A stretch of DNA of 64,000 bases from Bacteriovorax stolpii. Its GTDB lineage: Bacteria > Bdellovibrionota > UBA1018. Positions 58,054 to 64,000 of the stretch are shown piece by piece (the first letter of the stretch is position 1; the number at the start of each line of letters is the position of its first letter). The DNA lies in the NCBI GenBank assembly GCA_945860415.1, contig CAMAQA010000001.1, forward strand, positions 29,304 to 93,303, given 5' to 3'. The notes below the pieces were generated by a model that had not been told where the DNA came from, did not search any database, and saw nothing but the letters and a program-made list of their open reading frames with translations. The position numbers were made by a program, and so were the translations under genes.

Positions 58054-59280
58054 TCATGGAAGGTCGAGACGGTACGCGGATATCACGCCGTCATCGGTTC
58101 CCAGCACCAGCATGCCGGGAGAGTGGGCGACTCCGCGAGAGTACAGGTAGGCACCCTCATCCGCCAGGATTGGAATGTGTACCTGCATGGTGCCCTGCCG
58201 ATCGAGCGCCACCACGTGGCTGTACCTCGTCCGATCGTTGATGCTTTCAAACCCCAGCATCGTCCAGTTCGAGACGATGTCCATGCTCAGGTTGTAGTCG
58301 GCATACCGGGGCGAGTGATAGCTCCACTTTTCCTGAAGCTGGGGTTCAGTGTCGTATTGCGCGACCGCCTGCCCGCGGGGGCCATTGCCGTAAACCGAAA
58401 GCCACTTGCCGTCATCCGACAGCTCCAGCTGCTGAAACGGAATGTGCTGGCGCACCTCCTGGCGGCTGCGTCCCTTGTCCGCCAGCGTTACGATGGATTG
58501 TCCGAACTCGAGGTGATTCAGCAGGAGTGCGTTTTCGATGAACGCGCCTTTTTCGGAAGGTGAAGAAATCGCGGCATCGACGATTTCTCCGTCAAGCTGC
58601 TTTTCCCAGATCTTCTTGAAATCAGGGCCGAGTACCCAGATCCGCCCCTTCACAAAGCCGACGAGAATCCTCGATTCATCGGCTGATACCTTGAGCAGGA
58701 GCGAGTCATGAGGAGCCTTCTGCTCGAAAGTCCTCCTTCCCTCTGCATCAAAAACCTGGAACACGAGCCCCGGCGAGGCATCATCGTCATGATGGCAGAG
58801 CACCTGCGAGGATTTTTCGAGCACCAGTGGCCTGCACATGCCTGTATCCTTTGCCCTCCAGAGCACCTTGCCGGATCCGGAGTCCAGGCGAAGCAGCTCC
58901 TCCTGGTAGGTGCTGAGAAGGATCCAGTCGCCCGATTTCGAGATTGCCTGCGAGCGGACGGGGGCATCGATGATCGACTTCCAGAGACGCTTTCCCGAAG
59001 CGTTGAACAGGCTCACCTGGGTTCGGTTTTCAGAAATGCTTTCCAGGATCTCGGAGACGAGAGTCTGTCCGGAGATGTGTGCGACGGAGAGATCGGTCAG
59101 CTTTCCATCAAGCGAGTCCTTCCACGCAACCGTTGGAACCATCACCGGCGTTGGACCTTTCGAAAACGGAAGATGCTCGGCCCTCCCGACGGATCGACCC
59201 GTGGTCGAGCACCCGCTGCAGGAAACCAAAGAGCCAACGACGGCGATGATCGCCAATGGAAGCAGCGGGCGTTTGACCAT
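58054..59280 (-). CDS. Lipoprotein with PQQ-like beta-propeller repeats (BamB-like); weak call
   Basis: Lipobox LVSCSGC and recurring G-[KR]-x-LW-[KR] propeller-blade motifs. Confidence 0.4.
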   Translation of the reverse strand: MVKRPLLPLAIIAVVGSLVSCSGCSTTGRSVGRAEHLPFSKGPTPVMVPTVAWKDSLDGKLTDLSVAHISGQTLVSEILESISENRTQVSLFNASGKRLWKSIIDAPVRSQAISKSGDWILLSTYQEELLRLDSGSGKVLWRAKDTGMCRPLVLEKSSQVLCHHDDDASPGLVFQVFDAEGRRTFEQKAPHDSLLLKVSADESRILVGFVKGRIWVLGPDFKKIWEKQLDGEIVDAAISSPSEKGAFIENALLLNHLEFGQSIVTLADKGRSRQEVRQHIPFQQLELSDDGKWLSVYGNGPRGQAVAQYDTEPQLQEKWSYHSPRYADYNLSMDIVSNWTMLGFESINDRTRYSHVVALDRQGTMQVHIPILADEGAYLYSRGVAHSPGMLVLGTDDGVISAYRLDLP

Positions 59281-59322
59281 GATGTGCTCGATGTTACAGT
59301 AGGACTTCAGGCGGGATCAACC

Positions 59323-60225
59323 ATGCGGCTTGCAGTACTCACACGGAATCGAAATCTCCACAGCATCCGACGGCTCCTGCAGGAGGCGAGCAAGCTCGGC
59401 GTGCAGCTGGATACCATCAATCCGGTCGAGTGCCAGATGATCGTCGATGGGTCGACCAGTCGGATCGTCGTTGGGGCGCAGGAGATTTCTCGCTACGACG
59501 CCGTGCTTCCGCGGATAGGTGCCTCCATCACGCAGTATGGGCTGGCAGTCGTGAAGCAGTTCGAGATGCTCGGCATGTTCACCGTCAATAGTTCGTTGGC
59601 CATCGCCGAGTCGCGCGACAAGTTCCGCGCGCTCCAGATGCTGAACCAGGCCGGTATTCGTGTTCCCGCCACGGTGCTGACCCGTTCGCAGCGGAGCCTC
59701 CGTTCGACGTCGCGAGCCGTCGGGGGCATGCCGGTCATCGCCAAGCTTCTCCAGGGCACCCAGGGGGTTGGCGTGATGCTGCTGCATACTCCCGCCTCAT
59801 TCCAGTCTGTCGTCGAGACGCTTTGGGACTTCGGAGTCGATGTCTTCGTACAGCAGTTCCTGAAGGAGGGGGCCGGCAGCGATTACCGGGCCTTTGTTGT
59901 CGGAAATCGAGTCGTGGCCGCGATGCAGAGAACCGCATCTCGCGGAGAGTTCCGTTCGAATATCCACCGGGGAGGCGAGGGAGCGCTGGTGCGCCTGCCC
60001 AGGGCCTATGAGCGAGCTGCCGTCAAGGCCGCCCAGGTCTTCGGACTGGAGATCGCCGGAGTCGACCTCATGGCTAGCAAGAATGGACCTGCGGTGCTCG
60101 AGGTAAACAGCTCGCCGGGGTTCGAGGGAATCGAACGCGCCACCGGACTCAACATCGCGGGCGAGATCGTTGCCCACATGGTGAAGCTGGCGCAAAAGGA
60201 GAAAGGCCGGAGGCGGAAGCGCTGA
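59323..60225 (+). CDS. rimK: Ribosomal protein S6--L-glutamate ligase RimK (ATP-grasp)
   Basis: Collinear with E. coli RimK over 300 aa (RLAVLTRN..., VIAKLLQGTQGVGVML, FRSNIHRGG, LEVNSSPGFEGIE). The ATG at 59323 lies 205 codons into the longer track ORF (58708), which is antisense to the upstream lipoprotein gene. Confidence 0.9.
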   Translation: MRLAVLTRNRNLHSIRRLLQEASKLGVQLDTINPVECQMIVDGSTSRIVVGAQEISRYDAVLPRIGASITQYGLAVVKQFEMLGMFTVNSSLAIAESRDKFRALQMLNQAGIRVPATVLTRSQRSLRSTSRAVGGMPVIAKLLQGTQGVGVMLLHTPASFQSVVETLWDFGVDVFVQQFLKEGAGSDYRAFVVGNRVVAAMQRTASRGEFRSNIHRGGEGALVRLPRAYERAAVKAAQVFGLEIAGVDLMASKNGPAVLEVNSSPGFEGIERATGLNIAGEIVAHMVKLAQKEKGRRRKR

Positions 60226-60573
60226 TCAGCCGACCATGCGCTGGTAGCGCTGGCGAGCCCGCTTCTTTCGCGTCTTCGGAATGCCGCGAGTGAAGTCCTC
60301 GATGGTGGGGCATCCATAGATCTTCTTCGTCAGCATGATGTTCACCTGCTCCGCCAATTCTTCAACGATCGCGGGCTCGAGAGACTTCGGGACGGCGATG
60401 TTTTTTTGACGAAGAAATCCGAGGTAATCTGCGACGATGCCGCAGATAAATGTCTTGCGGTCAGAGTCTGAATCTTGAAAGTTATAAAGATGCTGCTCGA
60501 AAATCACGTAAAGCGGATCCGTCTTGCCTGATTTCGAGTCTGAGCTGGAGGAGGAGGTTGCCTTGGCTTTCAT
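60226..60573 (-). CDS. Small hypothetical protein with a Ser-rich N-terminus and a strongly basic C-terminus
   Basis: 115 aa. C-terminal KTRKKRARQRYQRM. Its stop directly abuts the rimK stop (convergent). No family assigned. Confidence 0.35.
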   Translation of the reverse strand: MKAKATSSSSSDSKSGKTDPLYVIFEQHLYNFQDSDSDRKTFICGIVADYLGFLRQKNIAVPKSLEPAIVEELAEQVNIMLTKKIYGCPTIEDFTRGIPKTRKKRARQRYQRMVG

Positions 60574-60609
60574 GCGTGGATCTCACCTTCACACCAACCA
60601 TCGGAAGGG

Positions 60610-61701
60610 ATGGGCACAAGCTTGAGCACGAGCAAGGGTTCCAAGGGCGCCACGAAGGCGCCGCGCGTGGAGCTGTCGAAATCCAAGGAATTCGTCAAGT
60701 TTCGCGAGGCAATCGACGGCGCCAAGCGCGTACTCATCTCGACGCATCAATTGCCTGACGGCGATGGTCTTGGTGCAGAGACAGCGCTGTTCCACTACCT
60801 CAAGCGCGCCCGCAAGGCCTGCCGCGTCTACAATCCTGATCCGCTTCCGAAGCGTTACCGCTTTCTGGATCCGAAAGGCCAAATTCTCCTCGGACCGGGG
60901 CAGGTCGAGCTGTGGGATACCTGCGATCTCTGGATCATCGTGGACACGAATGATCCTCGTCGGCTGGGCAAGCTCTGGCAGGAGATGTCGCTTCGTGCGC
61001 GCAAGATCGTGTTTCTTGACCACCATCCCGAAATCGCGGGCGTGGGCGAGATCGCCTATCCGCCGCATGCTTCGGTGCTTGCAGACGTGCAGTCGAGTTC
61101 GATCGGAGAAATGCTCCATCATGTCTTCCAGGAGCTGAATCTGGTGAAGCTCAACCAGGATATCGCCCTTGGGCTTTACGTTTCGATCATGACCGACACG
61201 AACAGCTTTCGATATGCCCGCACGACGCCTCAGGCGCATCGCATCGCTGCCGAGATGATCGAGGCGGGAGTGAATCCGGAAGAGATCTACCAGAACATCT
61301 ACTCGTCAAAAGAGCTCTCGCATCTCCATCTTCTGGGAAACATGCTCCAGAACGTGAAGGTCACGGCTGGCGGCAAGGTGGCCTGGCTCGAGATGGCGCT
61401 CGATCTTCGCAAGCGCCACCAGGCGAGTGCCGATGATACGCAATCGTTCCTGAACCAGCTGCTCCTGCTCAAGGACGCTGAAGTGGTCTGCTTCTTCCGC
61501 GAGGAGGACGACAACCAGGTGCGCGTCTCGATCAAGTCGAAGGGCAAGGTCGTCATCAACAAGGTGGCGATGGAGCTCGGTGGCGGAGGCCACGACTATT
61601 CGGCCGGACTGGCGCTCTCGGCGCCGATCGAAAAGACCGTCGAGGCCGTGATCAAGCGCCTCGAGACGGTCGTCGCGCACTACGAGAAGTTTGGTAAATA
61701 A
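60610..61701 (+). CDS. nrnA: DHH-family oligoribonuclease / pAp phosphatase NrnA
   Basis: DHH motifs (HQLPDGDGLGAE, DHH at VFLDHHPE) and a DHHA1 GGGH motif. Confidence 0.8.
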   Translation: MGTSLSTSKGSKGATKAPRVELSKSKEFVKFREAIDGAKRVLISTHQLPDGDGLGAETALFHYLKRARKACRVYNPDPLPKRYRFLDPKGQILLGPGQVELWDTCDLWIIVDTNDPRRLGKLWQEMSLRARKIVFLDHHPEIAGVGEIAYPPHASVLADVQSSSIGEMLHHVFQELNLVKLNQDIALGLYVSIMTDTNSFRYARTTPQAHRIAAEMIEAGVNPEEIYQNIYSSKELSHLHLLGNMLQNVKVTAGGKVAWLEMALDLRKRHQASADDTQSFLNQLLLLKDAEVVCFFREEDDNQVRVSIKSKGKVVINKVAMELGGGGHDYSAGLALSAPIEKTVEAVIKRLETVVAHYEKFGK

Positions 61702-61735
61702 TCCTGCATTTTCAAGAACTTAAGGCGTCGTCGGA

Positions 61736-62347
61736 GTGCTTATGGTTTTTTTGCTGCAATGCGCCATTCGTGATAAACGCCTGTCCATCAGGAGTATCCC
61801 CATGAAGCATTCCCTCGTTGTCGCCCTCATTTTGTCCAGTCTGGTCGCAGGTGTCTCGCACGCCGACACAGCCACCGAATCCTCGAAGCGCATTGCTGAA
61901 GCCGTCGAGGCCTTCAAGCCCCTCGCAGGTTCCGGCGTCGACGTTTACGAAGTGAAGCCCGGATCAGCAAAGCAGATGCTGCTCGCACTCGCGCTGAAGG
62001 AACAAATCGTCGAGTCCGCAAAGGACTTTGAATTGGTCTCGACGAAGGAAGCCTGGCAGGGCGACTCCGGAAACTGGGGTCTCGAAACGATGAAGGGGGC
62101 TTTCAGTTACATTCTGTCCGTCGATCAGGACGCGCTGAAGGAAATGTCTTCGAAGGACCGGGCCCAGTTGGAGAAGAATCTCCAAGCTGCCAAGGCAGCC
62201 TTTCCTCTGCTGATGAATACGGGAGTGCAGTTCGGAGTCGTTCCGCTGGGTGCCGTGCAATGCGGTTACCGCTACGCGGGCCTCGCGATTCTCGATACGC
62301 AATACGGCAAGATCTATGTTTTTGCGAAGGAACCCAGCGGCTGCTGA
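61736..62347 (+). CDS. Secreted hypothetical protein (probable start MKHSLVVALIL... at about 61802)
   Basis: Signal peptide and a Lys/Glu-rich helical body of about 180 aa, followed by a terminator. Confidence 0.4.
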   Translation: MLMVFLLQCAIRDKRLSIRSIPMKHSLVVALILSSLVAGVSHADTATESSKRIAEAVEAFKPLAGSGVDVYEVKPGSAKQMLLALALKEQIVESAKDFELVSTKEAWQGDSGNWGLETMKGAFSYILSVDQDALKEMSSKDRAQLEKNLQAAKAAFPLLMNTGVQFGVVPLGAVQCGYRYAGLAILDTQYGKIYVFAKEPSGC

Positions 62348-62373
62348 GAACATCGCAGTGCTGAAATGAAGAA

Positions 62374-62409
62374 GGGCGATCCTCTCGCGAGGACCGCCCT
62401 TTTTAATTT
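62374..62409 (+). terminator. Rho-independent terminator
   Basis: GGGCG-aTCCTC-tcgc-GAGGAc-CGCCC hairpin followed by TTTTTAATTTT. Confidence 0.6.
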
Positions 62410-62519
62410 TGCTCGGTCCGAGCTGATCTCGTGGCCCACGTGCTCGCTCAAACGCGCATCACGCGCGTTTGGGGTCCACTGGACCCACGCTTCGCCCGCG
62501 TATCATCGACTCCTGCCGA

Positions 62520-62852
62520 TTATTCTTCGTCTACGGGCAGCTTCTCATGGTTCGCCGCATGAAGGTGATCGCGGACGATCTCCTTGTGCTTGCGGACCTG
62601 GCGCTCGATCTTCTCGATGACGAGGTCGATTGATGCAGGAAGCGATTCGGCCTGGCTCTCGCCGAAGTAGTCGATGTTCTTGCCGACGACATGGCAGTGG
62701 GCGATGGCCACGTCCTTCTCGAAAGTGAAGTTCCAGGAGACCGAAATTCGCCCGTCGAAGAACTTGTTCAGCTTCTCCGACTTTTCCTTCGCATAGGACT
62801 TCACGTTCTCGTTCGGCTGCATGTGCTTGAAGGTCAGTTGCAGGCTGTTCAT
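62520..62852 (-). CDS. hpf: Ribosome hibernation promoting factor (sigma-54 modulation protein family)
   Basis: About 110 aa RaiA/HPF fold. Positioned immediately downstream of rpoN, as is widely conserved. Confidence 0.85.
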   Translation of the reverse strand: MNSLQLTFKHMQPNENVKSYAKEKSEKLNKFFDGRISVSWNFTFEKDVAIAHCHVVGKNIDYFGESQAESLPASIDLVIEKIERQVRKHKEIVRDHLHAANHEKLPVDEE

Positions 62853-62872
62853 GGCGTCTCCTCCGGCTCCGT

Positions 62873-64000
62873 TTAGATGATCTTCTTGCGCTTGCCCGAG
62901 GACAGGATGCCGAGCATGTCGCGGTACTTTGCGACGGTACGCCGGGCGATCTCGATGTTCTCGTTGCGAAGGAGCTCCACGATCTTCTGGTCGGAAAGGG
63001 GATTCTTCACGTCCTCCTTCGTGACCATTTGACGGATCTTCTCCTTCACGGCTTCGCTCGCAAGGGCATCAGTCCCATCGGCTGCGCTGATGCTGGAGTT
63101 GAAGAAATACTTCAGCTCGAAGATGCCCACCGGAGTGTGGACGTACTTGTTGGTCGTGACGCGCGAGATCGTGGACTCGTGCATGCCGATGTCATTCGCG
63201 ACGTCCTTGAGGATCATGGGCTTGAGGTGCTGCACGCCCTTCTCGAAGAAGTCGCGCTGGCGCTTCACGATCGCATCCGTGACCTTGTAGATCGTCTTCT
63301 GGCGGTTGTGGATCGAGCGGATCAGCCACACGGCGGAGCGCAGCTTTTCCTGCACGTATTCCTTCGTGGTCTTGCCATCGCTGCTCTTGCCGATGCCGGC
63401 CAGGATGTTCTTGTAGTAGGGCGAGATGCGCAGCTTCGGCATGCCGTCCTCGTTCAGCACGATCACGAACTCATCGCCGACCTTGTACACGTAGATGTCG
63501 GGCGTGATGTAGTGCGTGTCGTTCGTCATGAAGCTGCGGCCGGGCTTCGGCTCGAGCTCCATGATCAACTTGGTGGCTTCGACGACCTTTTCGTAGGGAA
63601 TCTGAAGTGCCTTCGAGATGCCCTGGTAGTTGCGGCGCTCCAGGTCGGAAAGATGCTTCTCAATGATCGTCTCGACCAGGGGCTGGCGCGGCTGCATGAA
63701 CTTGGCCTGGATCGACAGGCACTCTTGCAAATTGCGCGATCCGACGCCGACCGGATCGAAATTGTGCACGATCTTGAGAACCTCTTCGGCATCCTCCATC
63801 TCGATGCCGGCCTCGCGCGCCAGATCCTCAAGGTTGGCGATCAGGTAGCCGTCATCCGAAAGATTGCCGATCACCAGCTCGCCGAGCTTCTGCTCTTCCG
63901 GACGCAGCGCAGTCATCGAAAGCTGCCACATCAGGTGGTCTTCGAGCGAGGTGGTCTTCGTCAGGGCATTTTCGAAACTCGGAAGGTCTTCGTTGATCTC
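62873..64000 (-). CDS. rpoN: RNA polymerase sigma-54 factor (3' part; gene continues beyond the window end)
   Basis: C-terminal RpoN box ARRTVAKYR, an HTH and core-binding region. The frame is open to position 64000. Confidence 0.85.
   Translation of the reverse strand, partial: EINEDLPSFENALTKTTSLEDHLMWQLSMTALRPEEQKLGELVIGNLSDDGYLIANLEDLAREAGIEMEDAEEVLKIVHNFDPVGVGSRNLQECLSIQAKFMQPRQPLVETIIEKHLSDLERRNYQGISKALQIPYEKVVEATKLIMELEPKPGRSFMTNDTHYITPDIYVYKVGDEFVIVLNEDGMPKLRISPYYKNILAGIGKSSDGKTTKEYVQEKLRSAVWLIRSIHNRQKTIYKVTDAIVKRQRDFFEKGVQHLKPMILKDVANDIGMHESTISRVTTNKYVHTPVGIFELKYFFNSSISAADGTDALASEAVKEKIRQMVTKEDVKNPLSDQKIVELLRNENIEIARRTVAKYRDMLGILSSGKRKKII

Noticed and set aside
1-64000. CRISPR arrays, integrases/transposases, prophage genes, tRNA/rRNA genes
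   Set aside because: No regularly spaced direct repeats, no recombinase or transposase motifs, and no cloverleaf-like or rRNA-like segments were recognised. The only tandem repeat found is the coding 15-mer in iscA.

Overview
A GC-rich 64-kb stretch of bacterial chromosome. It is gene-dense on both strands and shows no mobile element, CRISPR array, tRNA or rRNA that I could recognise. All calls below are by eye against remembered family motifs; no computation or database search was run.

Content, left to right:
- Agmatinase-like ureohydrolase, then ribosomal proteins L13 and S9.
- A DUF1704 'QEGLA-motif' protein (putative metallocarboxypeptidase) and a parvulin-type PPIase.
- A minus-strand flagellar/signalling block: a sigma-54 NtrC-type response regulator, a CHASE2 sensor histidine kinase, MotB and MotA, a class A penicillin-binding protein (PBP1A type), a divergent outer-membrane beta-barrel protein and FliL.
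- Alanine dehydrogenase, an MBL-fold hydrolase and an NAD-dependent epimerase.
- A bactofilin gene translationally coupled to an unknown membrane protein, divergent from a FrzS-like pseudo-receiver/coiled-coil protein and a metallophosphoesterase.
- kdsB, pyrG, serA, then a 1101-aa Cys-rich lipoprotein, a GlcD-like FAD oxidase and a signal-peptide-bearing C1 (PepC-like) cysteine peptidase.
- kdsA, kdsC, an SLT-like protein, a DUF155-like protein and a YkgJ cysteine-cluster protein.
- A complete isc operon (iscR-iscS-iscU-iscA-hscB-hscA plus two ferredoxins), followed directly by a secreted hypothetical and an Opp/Dpp-type binding protein.
- A roughly 12.6-kb, 13-gene co-directional minus-strand array: BamB-like lipoprotein, GldA/F/G-like ABC transporter, DUF4340, Yip1, an HExxH protein, tdk, hpt, a GHMP kinase, a DUF429-like protein, and OppB/OppC permeases with no ATPase nearby.
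- rimK, nrnA, hpf and the 3' part of rpoN, which runs off the window end.

Many long antisense ORFs in the track are artefacts of high GC. The most interesting candidates are the bactofilin/FrzS-like module, the giant lipoprotein, the embellished isc operon (repeat-tagged IscA, zinc-finger HscB, two ferredoxins, appended secreted gene) and the Yip1/HExxH pair attached to the Gld-like ABC cluster. None can be confirmed as a new system from sequence alone.
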